From Oikopleura dioica (lineage: Eukaryota; Animalia; Chordata): a stretch of DNA of 64,000 nt. The translations under genes were made by a program, and so were the position numbers. The notes under the pieces are model-generated. The model was not told the DNA's origin. It was given only the letters and a program-made list of their open reading frames with translations, and made no database searches. Location: contig OU015567.1 in the NCBI GenBank assembly GCA_907165135.1, forward strand, positions 11,532,001 through 11,596,000, read 5' to 3'. This document shows positions 49,201-60,952 of the stretch, piece by piece (positions within the stretch are counted from its first letter, which is position 1; each line of letters opens with the position of its first letter).

Positions 49201-52200
49201 GTTAAAATAACTTTCCTAGTCATTGGTACTGTAGTGTTTTGCCGAACATCGCCAGATAAAAATAAACCTAGATTAACCTAGCGACTAGAATTCTAGTTTT
49301 ACTCTTGACGTCTTATCTTATCTTTTCTTCTACAGATGGTACCGTGCTACCGGTAGCTTATTACGTCTTCAATTTCTCCTAGGAGATAACTTGCCTTACG
49401 ATAATTAAAGATCTAAGAGCTGCTGAAGGAGCTTATTTCCGCCAAATATCAAATATAATCAGATCAGGAAGAGAAGTATTAACAACTTCATTAAAATCCT
49501 TGTAGATTTACGGCTGTTCTTGACACTCAGGTGGGCGTTTTTTTTTCGTAATTTCGAAAACAACGTAAGCTTCTTCATTTATGCCTAGGTATCAATTTAG
49601 AACCCCTTGAAAATCTTCGAGCACAAAAAACTTCCGGACAAACAAAAGCCAACTCTCTTGAATTCAACTCAATTTCCGCAAATTACCGAACTTCAGAGAA
49701 ACATGCCACGTGATCGAGTCAGCCCATTGTTGTCGAGCTCGATATGTATTTTTGAAATAGAAGCAGGTGAGGCAATAAATCTGTATTTTGCGGATAAAGC
49801 AAGCATCAATCAAAGAGCGATTGGGAATTGACATTGGATGACCACGAGGCTGCCCGTGCGGCGCTCAGTATCGGGATTTATTTCGCTCAGCAGTCTTATA
49901 CAGGGCCTCTACTGTCGATCGAAAAGCACTGTACCCAACACGATCGGGTGAATTCCTCGAGATGCTAGAACAGTCTTCCATGCTATCAATATTAAAATTT
50001 CTTTAACGCAAATTCTTTGCGACAAAGAGTCAAAATTTAGTGACTTATATAAGTCTGTAAATAATTTATTTCTTCGCGGGTCATTAAATTTCGTATATTC
50101 AATTGTTGTCAGCATGTTTGATTAGAAGAAAGTGAACATCATAAGACAAAGTAGCATTCTAGCTGGTGATTTTTTAAACAAAAGGTAAAGACAGTGAAGC
50201 CTGGAGTTGATCCAGGATTTCTGTCGCAATGAGGAGTGTTAGCCACATTTGAGTGAAGGCTGTTCTGTGGGCACGTGATTAGAAAACATAACCGGAAAGC
50301 GATCCACTGAGTGACATACTTGAAGTTACTAGAACGAACTGGAAAAAAAAGCTTCTCAATCCCAGCTGAATCAGGCTTCGACCACGGTGGGCTTGCCAGA
50401 TGGAAATATTTATGGCGACAACATTAGCTTTTATCGTTTTGTTGAAAGTTCATGCGATATCATTTACGGGACCGATGCGCCAGTAAGTTTGAATTGTGAT
50501 TCGATACCTTCGATTAATAGGACTCCTCGTTTCAAGCGCTGATTGAGAAGATCAGCAGTTTACTTTCGAGTAAATCAAAGACTCGTTATTCAGGAATTTA
50601 GGGTGGAGACGTAGACTTGAGTATAAATCGCCCAGATGCGTCAAATGAGACGTGAAATTGTTGTCTCGATTGTACTGATGACTCTATTTCTTCCTTCATC
50701 GGAAGTGGATAATTTTGCTGGAATTTGAGGAGTATTCGTGTTTAGCAAGCAGATTCCTCGGTAATGAGCTCATTTGATTATCCTCTGCTTTGAAAGACTT
50801 GATGTTGAAATTCTGTAGATTCAGAGTACCAATGAAGAAGATCAGAATGACTTAGTTTTAGTGATGCCGCATCACTGATGCGTACATTAGATAGAGGATG
50901 AAGAAGCAACGCGTGAACAAAGATCAATACGGTACCATCTATTTTATGAATGATTATGTTACAGACTAAATTTAACGAAGTTGTCCTTCAATAAATCATT
51001 CAAATTTATTGACGAGATTTGATTCAGAGTCTGCCCAGCTGAATCCACTGAAAGCGAGCTGCGGGTATTTACCGTACTTATAGTGGACAAAAGAAAAATG
51101 TGGCTGACAAAAGAGGCGTCTTGCTAGTATGGCCGTGTTTTTAGAAGTGATATTTGTCAGGAATCGCTCAGGAAACTCATTTTTCTAAGCGAAACAATGG
51201 CAAGCATTCGTGAGGTCACCCATTCTGCGGGATCGCCGCCGACTGAGACGACAAACATACAGCATAATGTAAGTGCTACACATGGTGATCTCCAAATACT
51301 AAACTGTTGTGACGTTGGCTCAGCGGTTACCATGAATGGACGCCAAAGTAGCATCACCGTATTATTATTTTATAGTGAACTTTGAAGAGATAAGGAACAA
51401 CTTCGAATACCAATCGTTCCTTTGTGACAGGTTCCAATATTTCACTACAGTTGTGAACTTAATTAAACGTCTTTGAAGATTCAATCTAGGAGAGTGATAG
51501 TCCTCCCAGAAATTATCAAGTGCGTCTTTTTCGCTTTCGTATCACATGCCATCATGTACCTCGCAAATTGAATTCTATTTCTGAATATTGCTAATGACCC
51601 GAGCTGTCAACAAGCCCGGTCAGGAGGGTTGAAATGGCCACTTTTCGCTGAACTTGCGCGTTCCTCTCATTTTTTCTTTTTGATAATTATGTCCAGAATT
51701 TACCTTGTTCCCTTCAATTAGCTCTTTAGAGATTTCCCGACAATGACTAGGGCTGAGTATGCTCTCCAAGTTAAAAGTCTATCAATCAAGTACTTTACAA
51801 ACACTTCTCGAAATCTTCTCCTGAAGCTGATCTGTATTATCGACTAGTATTTGTTTTCCTTTATGTCTCCCGAATTACCCACTCGATCAAAGATTCAAGA
51901 AAAATGAAAATTTAACTTATAAAAAGGCTGAAAGCAAGCTAAAAATTAAAAAGTTCAACTGGTACTTGTGAATAGTTTTCGGAAACTGGCGACTCGGGTG
52001 GCTATTTATCATCATTAAGACCACATCAGCAGACGGTCAAACCACGTTTTCTTTCGGATAGTCACCATTTCAAAGAGTCACTGCGATCATTATTATCGGC
52101 GAAAACGTAACGCCAAGAACCTGCTCCATAAAAATCAAGGAAGAGAAAACAAATGAGTATTGCCCTGCTCAATCAAATGCAGCCTAGTACCGCGAAACAT

Positions 52201-53544
52201 TTTTATTTGATTACGAAGAAAAAAATTGATCACGTGGCAAACCGACTCAGAATTCGCAAGCTGAAGAAAATATCCTGTTTTAGAGTCGGACAGGCGAGTT
52301 CTACCTAGAAACAAAGGCACTCTGGCTGCTCAACACAGCCGGCTAGGCGGCGACGCGAAGTCACCTTTGATCTCAAAATCGAAAAAGCACCTTAGATGAC
52401 ACTTTTAGCAGAGTAAAATTTGTCGATATCGAGCGTCTTCCTGGCGGCCGCATTATTACAGGAGCTTCCTTCCTCCGCCAACGATACAACAGTTTGTACT
52501 GTGCTACGTAAACGTCTTAATAGATACCCTTACGTATCGGGCGTTCTGACGCCAGGAAGAATTTCTAGTTGCTTGACGATCATTCAAAACGAAAGGACAG
52601 ATATTCTTGTTTATTATTGAACAAAAATTAAATTCGGAAGTTTCGCTTCTTCACAAGGTAATCGCTCATGGCGCCAGCATCGTCACCGAACGGGGATGAC
52701 ATGTAGTTCTGAAATTTTTTATCAGAAATGCCTTGTATTTAATTTATATGATAATACTTTATATAATATTTAAATACAATTCTATAATATGCCAAGGATT
52801 TAGGTGAAAAGAATCTTCCAATCAAGAGCAGAGTTTCTGGGTGCTTTCCCTATTCATGAGGTTATCAAAAATACTACCTGTTATACTTCCTTAATTTTTC
52901 TGTATTATAAATATAAAACTGTATTTATAATTTACTTTGAAGACGTTGAATCGGCGGACCAGTCGGTCGGCGGAAACAGAAAGAAGCAGTGACTGAAAGG
53001 GTTCAAAAAAAGAAGCTCATTTTTTCATTGAGTTTGCCTTGCCGTAGAAATAAGCGTGTTTTAAAACTCGTTGCTCAGAACTGATTATTTCTTCGGCAGG
53101 GCACACTCCCTAAAAATAGAATTTTAAACCCCAAACGCGAAAACCCAAGAAGCAAGTTCATTCTTTTTTATTCTTTAAAAAATGACAGTCAATATCGTTT
53201 TTGAAGAAATGTCTTCTGTTGGACGGTTTTTATACAAGCTGCTATTAGCACCTGCTACTTAAAGTGGCACGGGCAAAATTATTCCGTAAAGTGGCATAAT
53301 GAAAAAGAACTTTGATCAAAAATTAAAAAGCTAAAGATGGTTCTCTGGGAGATCCAGAACTTCTATGTCGATTTGAAGATAACAGATAAAAATAAGTCTC
53401 TTTACTTTAAGTAAACAACGTCATCTTAATTTGCATAAAAATAGAATTACTTGGGACAATGAATTAAATTGCATCATTTTAAATTTATGTTTCTTTTAAA
53501 ATCTGAGTTGAGCATAATTGCTTCGCTCTAAGAGGATCTTCTTT

Positions 53545-54080
53545 GAGAGGGTTGACCAGGTTCGTGAAGACTAGGTTCGTGGGACTAGGTTCGTGGGACT
53601 ATGTTCGTGGGACTATGTTCGTGGGACTAGGTTCGTGAAGACTAGGTTCGTGGGACCAGGTTCGTGGGACTATGTACGTTGGACTATGTTCGTGGGACTA
53701 TGTTCGTGGGACTAGGTTCGTGAAGACTAGGTTCGTGGAATTTGCATTTTTATATGTTTATTTTATTATTTTGTTTGTTAGGACTCAACATTTTGGTTGT
53801 TCAAAAACCCACGAACCTAGTCCCACGAACCCTTTCCTTGTTAAATATTTACCATTTAAAAACCCACGAACCTACTCCCACGAACCTAGTCATCAACCCA
53901 TTTCCTTTACTGTCCTAAAATTTTTACCATTTAAAAACTCACGAATCTAGTCACACAAACCTAGTCATCAACCCATTTCCCTTACTGCCCTAAAATATAG
54001 CCCGATTTCAATACTCTGGCAGAACCCACCACGAACCTAGTCCCACGAACCAAGTCCTCACGAACTTAGTCGTCATTCCC
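53545..54080. mobile_element. Foldback/MITE-like element built from a 14-bp unit
   Basis: 13 tandem GACTAGGTTCGTGG-type units at 53554-53738, with inverted copies (CCACGAACCTAGTC) at about 53807-54072. Flanked by the 8-bp direct repeat tcttcttt (53537-53544 and 54081-54088). Confidence 0.65.
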
Positions 54081-54142
54081 TCTTCTTTAGGAGATAATTA
54101 ATTCTGAAGTTCATGGTATGATTGAAATCCATGAATAGTAAC

Positions 54143-54749
54143 TGACGATTTTCAATAAGGATTTCTGAGTGAAATCCTGACCCACCTTTTTTATTAGCTC
54201 ATCTGAAAGAGCGTAAAAAGTTATCCCAGAAGAGCCCTCAAAATCTTGATTTTTTGTTAAAGATGACGTCACAGCAGGTGATTGAAGTTCCAAAGTACCG
54301 GATTTCTCCTACGCCCGCATTTCCAAGTCCTCTTAGCTACCCGGGCGTATGATAGCTGAAAATGATCGTCTCGTTGAGCTCTAGGTCAGCATCGTGTTTT
54401 CATCCCTTCTCAACCTTTCTTTCTCAAAATCAATATTTTTAGCAAACAGGTGATTTCAAAAGGGGTTGAAAAAAATTAATGGATTGTGATGAAAACTAGA
54501 TGCTGACCTAGAGCTCAACGAGACGATCATTTTCAGCTATCACACGCCCGGGTAGCTAAGAGGACTTGGAAATGCGGGCGTAGGAGAAATCCGGTACTTT
54601 GGAACTTCAATCACGTGCTGTGACGTCATCTTCAACAAAAAATCAAGATTTTGGGGGCTCTTCTGGGGTAACTTTTTACGCTCTTTCAGATGAGCTAATA
54701 AAAAAGGTGGGTCAGGATTTCACTCAGAAGTCCTTATTGAAAATCGTCA
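54143..54749. mobile_element. Long palindromic MITE-like element (about 262-bp arms, 83-bp spacer)
   Basis: 54143-54404 is the near-perfect reverse complement of 54488-54749. No coding capacity; no clear TSD. Confidence 0.75.
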
Positions 54750-54934
54750 CTATTATTGAGCCTTTGGCTTGATGCATGCTGACATTCACTGCTTAATTGA
54801 GTACTAAATTAATTTTGATCAGCATAGATGCTTAGTCATCAATTCTATGAAGACGAACAAGAAAGTGAAATCAAAGAGGAATCATCATTCAATAAAAGAA
54901 AATAAATTGGTTTATTGAGATGAAGGAGAACTAA

Positions 54935-55706
54935 CTAAGCGCAGCAAGAAGGATTTGATGCCGCGTTCTTAGCACAAACATTGGCCTTGTAGTCGCAAAC
55001 GTTTTCCAATGTGTTGAACACTTAAATTTCATAAAATAATTGAGTTGGAAGCTTACTTAGATTAGCAGGACATTTCATTTCCCATTTCAAGTTTCCCACG
55101 CAGGAGTTGAATCCAAAACAGTCGGCTTCATTTTTCGAGACGCCATCTGGACATGAAGCATCCTCGGTGTAATCTGCTGGGTCCGGAATTATCGGTTTTG
55201 GGGTTTTCAGCGAGCCTAAATATTTAAAAGTGACGTTGAAATATGATTTCAATACCGCAGTCAACATTATCTGGCCAGTCACAATATCCCTTTTCTTGAT
55301 TGAAAAGTAGAGTAACCGGGCATCGCATGATCGAAGATCGTATTCCGCCATTACACTGAAAGAATCGATCGCATTTCTTCCAGTGTCGGAAAAGCCCGTC
55401 CACTTCGCACTAGAAAAGCTGAAATATGAATGTGAAGAATAGCTTACTTTTCGAGGGTCCGGAACGGGCAGGACACACTCTGGATCCATCAACTCGCCAA
55501 AGCATTGAAGCACTGTCCAGAAATTGGCTGATCCGCTGTTCATACAGGCGATGAAGTCATTCAAACATTCTGTTGTGAATCCTTGACCTCGGACAACTGC
55601 GGAAAACGCGCCTGAAATTCAGACTCATGAAAATAAATTGCTGTTGAAACTCACCGAAAGTAACGAATCTAAATACTCGCATGACGAGACTGATGAGAAT
55701 CTTCAT
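54935..55706 (-). CDS. Secreted protein with two chitin-binding type-2 (CBM14/peritrophin-A) domains
   Basis: MKILISLVMRVFRFVTFGAFSAVVRG signal-like start; CEVDGLFRHWKKCDRFFQCNGGIRSSIMRCPVTLLFNQEKGYCDWPDNVDC and CPDGVSKNEADCFGFNSCVGNLKWEMKCPANLMFNTLENVCDYKANVC, after removing 36-45-nt GT-AG introns. Confidence 0.9.
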
Positions 55707-57152
55707 CTCTGCTCAATTTTTATAGAACTCGTCGCAGCAGGGGACTCTTTTCTAGCGAAGCACCTGTGATCCATCCATAGAAAACATCAAAACAGTCTTT
55801 AACACCCTCTCCATGGAGCTTTTGTTTGAAAAAGAAACAGTGACGTGCTACGCAAGCGGCCCTTAATTCGAAATGAGAAAGTGTCATCAAAAATGCCAAT
55901 TATCGGACACTGTCTGCTTTTTAGTGAACTTTGGCAGTCAAGGTTAAGATTAGATTAAGCTCTGGAAAGATTTTGGTTTCGGTGTGGTAGCTGGGCGGCG
56001 CAAGATGAAAAAAGTGATTCTGGCACTTGATGGAGGAGGAGGCGCGAAATTCGGAACAAATTACACCAGTGGGCGATTTTCGCACGAAATCGACTCCACC
56101 ATCGAACACGAGATTAGATTTTCATACCAACACCGTAAAGTACTTTTTGGGTAATGTTCCAAGTAAAAAGTTACTCCTGATGAATTTGTTTCAGCACTAA
56201 TCGAAAAATTTTAACCTTCATAAATATCAGCTCGCTAAAATTAAATTCAATGGAACATAATTTTCTCGAGTGAAAACTCATGTATAGAATCATTTTACAA
56301 ATTAAGTTAAAAAGTGATTTGCTTATTAGATATTTCGTGAACTATAAAAATATAATTAACCCTTGGATTCGTAACATTCACGATAAAATAACAGCTAAAT
56401 TAAAACATAAAGGACCATAAAACTGAGCCTCGAAACCTCTTTTTATTATTTTATATCTTGGTCTTAATTGATGTTGAAAACTTACTCTCTTTGTTTTTTC
56501 TCATGATCACGAGAAAAAAATAACAAACTTAATTAACTCATACCTTTGAAAATCCTCTTCACTTCATTCGTCAGGGGAGTAATTTCATGAGACTATAAAC
56601 GTGAAAATGCTCGATATTATCATTGGAATTGGCCTTGGCTACCAGGCGTTATTGGTGTAGTGGTGGTGGAGTGTGGTGGTGCTCGGTGTGGTGCCGGGTT
56701 CTTCGTACCGGCCACTTGGCGCCTTGCTTGAGCTGGACGAGTCCAAGAAAAACGCCGCCCGCCAGAAATCCCGAAACTGCCAGATTTTGCCCACTCCGGG
56801 AACAACTACCAAGAAACAAAATTTTCCAGAGTCAGAAGACAGATCAAACTCAGCACCCGAGAAGTGAATGAGAAACTAACCCAACTCTCCACGTACAGAA
56901 GATAAATAACAAATACACACGCACAGGTAAGTCGATGCCCAGCGGCCATGCTCAACCTCACAACATACACACACTCATTTAGCCGAAAATAAAGGGAAAA
57001 CTCGGAAATGCCCGCTTTTAAAGCGAAACAATCCCTATTTCCGAGAATTATATTTTTCTAAATTTCCATGAATTCAATCTAGTGAATTTCTACGCAAAAA
57101 CATTAAAAATTTTTAAAAATGACAACGTTTGAAAAACCTAACTTTTAGAAGC

Positions 57153-60100
57153 ATGTCAAATATGCCTGCCGAGAGCTCGGGAGTCTCCCTCTGGTCCCGA
57201 GTTCGTGAACTAGAAGGAGATGCCCTCCGCCAAATCCAATCTCTCTACGACACCAATTTCCCCATCGAGTTTCGCCACTACTTTGCAGAAATCATTGAGC
57301 GCCAGCCATGGGATCAAATCGACCCCGATCAGGCAGCTGATGAGTCTCAGGCGAAATTCATCCTTGACAACTTTCTTGGAGAAATCAATCGGCAGTGTGA
57401 GCTGCTTTCTGATGGTGGGGACTTTTTGCAGCGACTCAGGTGAGCAAGCTTCGAAAATCATTAAAAATTAATGATGAATTTGAAGATTTTCCGAAATCGG
57501 TCAGCACTTTAAAAACGTTTACGGAAATCACCCGATGGAGCTGGTGAGGATCGTTAAGAAAATCCTCTCCATCGAAACTCGCCTGGTCCAAGAAGCTACT
57601 GCGGCTAACATGAACGGTCAGGACGATGTGAAGCCAAGCACAGGGTCCGAGAAAAACGGAAAAATCAACAAAGACTTGGAGCATTTGTACGCGCTCACTC
57701 AAGATGCCGAGTCCGATTTGAGAAGAGAGAGGCGATTTTCTGGCAGTTAGATTTTCTGGCAGTTAGACTTTCTGGCAAAGGCGATTTTCTGGCAGTGCCA
57801 GAAAATCTAACTTTCAGAAAATCGCCTTTGCCAGAAAGTCTAACTGCCAGAAAATCGCCTCTTTTGATTTTGAATCTACAGTTAATGATCCTGGAAGGTA
57901 AAAAAGCGGAGAGGGTTTTCGACAGTACCACCAATTTTTTCTTACACGTTATTTTTAAAAATTCATTGACAAAAGCCACTTTTGACCCATTTATTTAATA
58001 TTATTGGCTGTAGCAAACATAAATCAGCTTCTTCCGGGAATTTTTGTGTTAATCACTAGGTGTTATTTGCATCTGATTTCGAGTACTTGGTCACAGTGGG
58101 CGCCCACTGAGATAATGGCGCACGCTAATGCTTTTTGAAACTGAACTTGTTATAAAGCTCTCCAGAAAATTCTTCCTCAGGTGGTGAAATCGCCTTTATA
58201 GGATGGATATTATTTGAGCGTGCGCCATTATCTCAGTGGGTGCCCATTGTGACCAAGTACTCGAAATCAGATGAAATAACACCGGGTGTTAACAGGCGCG
58301 TGGCAGTCTCACGGCCACGCGTGGAAATGATTTCACTCAATCACAGACCGGCAAAAGCGTAGACAAAATCGACCACCCTGTTAACGGGTTAACACAAAAA
58401 TTCCTGGAAGAAGCTGATTTATGTTTGCTACAGCCAATAATCTTGAATAAATGGGTCAAAAGTGGCTTTTGTCAATGAATTTTTATAAAAAATGTAAGAA
58501 AAAAATTGGTGGTACTGTCGAAAACCCTCTCCGTTATTTTTACCTTCCAGGATCACTAACTGCAGATTCAAAATCAAAAGAGGCGATTTTCTGGAAATTA
58601 GATTTTCTGGCATATTAGATTTTCTGGCAGTGCCAGAAAATCGCCTTTGCCAGAAAGTCTAACTGCCAGAAAGTCTAACTGCCAGAAAATCGCCTCTCTC
58701 ATTTGAGAAAACTCCAGTCAAAGCAAGAATACTTCGTGATCAACTACCAAGAGTCGGTGAAAATTCAAACTTCGCTTCAGCAAATTCAGCAAATGTCCGC
58801 ATCTGATCCCACTCGTGCCCAACTTGAACAGCAGCTGACCAAGAAGAAAAACGAAGTTGACCAGTTACTCCAGCTTGAAGCTCACAAACTCCTCCAACAG
58901 CGAACCTCCCTCGCTGAGAAGCACCACAAGACCTTTTCCTTACTAACTGCTCTTCAAAATCAAATTCTCGATGAAGAACTCATCCAGTGGAAGCGATCCC
59001 AAGCACTAGCGTACAATGGTGTGATCCAAGAAGGCTCGCTTGATCAGCTGCAGCAATGGTGCGAGCGACTGGCCGAGATTATCTGGCAATGTCGTCAGCA
59101 AATTAAGCGCGTGGAACTTCAGCGTCAACAATTGCCTATCAACAACCAAGGTGTAGATCTTCTTCCTGAATTGAACACGACAATCACTGCCCTCCTCTCA
59201 ACCCTCGTCACTTCCACTTTTATCATCGAAAAGCAGCCACCGCAGGTTCTCAAAACGCAGACTAGATTCGGCTCAACAATCCGATTGCTTGTTGGTGGGA
59301 AGTTGAATGTGCATATGAATCCACCTACTGTCAAAGCAACTATCGTCTCCGAAGCTCAAGCAAAAGCTCTTCTGAAAAACGAAAACGCACGTGCTTTGTC
59401 CGAGACATCTGGTGAGATTCTCAATAATTCATCAATAATGGAGTACCATCCTCAAAGCGGTGTTCTCTCCGTTAACTTCCGAAACATGTCGCTCCGGAGA
59501 ATCAAACGATCTGATAAACGAGGTGCTGAGTCAGTTACTGAAGAGAAATTTACCATTCTTTTCCAGGTACTGATTACTGATTTTCTTCGCAATTTTTAAT
59601 GTTTAGTCTCAATTTTCTGTCGGTGGAAACGAGCTTGTTTTCCAAGTGCGAACTCTCTCACTCCCGGTAGTGGTCATCGTCCACGGAAATCAAGAAGCAA
59701 ATGCAACCGCTTCTATCCTTTGGGATAATGCCTTTGCTGAACAGGGACGAATTCCATTCCAAGTTCCAGATAAAGTGGCTTGGAATCGTATCATTGAAAC
59801 GCTGAATTACAAGTGGAAGCATGAATGCCAGAGTGCACACGGGCTGACTACAGGAGCGATGCGTTATCTTTCTCAAAAACTATTCAGGTTTGAAAAATAC
59901 AGTTTTCAGTGTTTCAAGAGATTCTAGACAACCACTTGCGCCAAACTCTGAAAAGCCCGTTAGCTGGGCACAATTCAATAGAGAGCCGCTACCGGGAAGA
60001 AATTTCACCTTCTGGCAATGGTTCAACGGTTAGTGATCTCACCCTCGAAAAACTGATTGAAGCTTCTTTATAGGTGTGATGGAACTTACAAAATCAAAGC

Positions 60101-60952
60101 ATGTTCAGCCTCACTGGCTTGACAGGGGCTGTGTTGGATTTATTTGCAAAAATGAGAGCCAGGTAGCGATCATAATTTCTCTCAAACATTGAGTTTGTTT
60201 TTCTTAGGAAGCACTCATTCAAAAACCCGGTGGAAGTTTTCTCCTCCGATACTCAGATTCTGAAATTGGCGGATTGACGATTGCCTGGGTCTCTGAAAAC
60301 GAGAACAAACAGAAACAGGTTTGAATGAAAAGTGTCCTCAGTGGGTCAGATTTGAATATTTTAGGTCTGGAATTTGCAGCCGCACACTGCAAAGGACTTC
60401 AACGTAAGAGGCCTTGCCGATCGAATTCGAGATTTGGAGCAGTTGCACTTTGTCTACACCCAGGACGAGCGCATTGTGGGCAAGGAAGAGATGTTCTCCA
60501 GATATTACTCCAAGTCGCCGAACCCGCCAAGCCAGCCAAACGATGGATACGTAAAGGCTGAGATTCAGGTAAGAACTCTTACTCCAATTAAGAAGATTCA
60601 TTGTTTTAGGTCACGATCCCGAACATTGCGGGAATCTCTCTTGGCTCTCCTGTCCACGAGGGAAGCGTAACATCACCGCGATCACCATCAAGTGGCTATG
60701 GAGACCACCAATCTTTGATGTCTTCCCCACAAGCAGGCCCAGTGCAGTACGAAATGCCAAGCCAAATATCTCAGGATCAAGTAAAGACGTCGACATCATC
60801 AGAAAGCTCATTATTTTCAGATGGACTTCTCTGAAAACGCGCAGCAAAACAACTCTGCAAACGGTGTCGGCTTCGATCCTCAAAACAGCTTCGACCAGTT
60901 CGACTCGTCAAACACCATCGACGTGAATGAGTTGCTTTCGAAAGTGAACTAA
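57153..60952 (+). CDS. STAT5: Signal transducer and activator of transcription, STAT5-like. A coding exon is interrupted by a MITE.
   Basis: [18 protein letters not shown]; [12 protein letters not shown]; [23 protein letters not shown]; [29 protein letters not shown]; SH2 [19 protein letters not shown]; tyrosine motif DGYVKAEI. Confidence 0.93.
57725..58700. mobile_element. Non-autonomous Mutator-like foldback element (976 bp) in a STAT5 exon
   Basis: Perfect 9-bp TSD atttgagaa (57716-57724 and 58701-58709). TIRs of about 320 bp (57725-58052 and 58389-58700) start GAGAGAGGCGATTTTCTGGCAGTTAG. Internal palindrome at 58059-58283. Confidence 0.92.

Noticed and set aside
50700-50860. Weak LRR-like string (NLQNFNIKSFKAEDNQMSSLPRNLL) on the minus strand
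   Set aside because: One imperfect repeat bounded by stops. Not enough to call a pseudogene.
53554-53738. Regular short repeat array that could be mistaken for CRISPR
   Set aside because: Units are contiguous with no unique spacers, no cas genes are present, and the context is eukaryotic.
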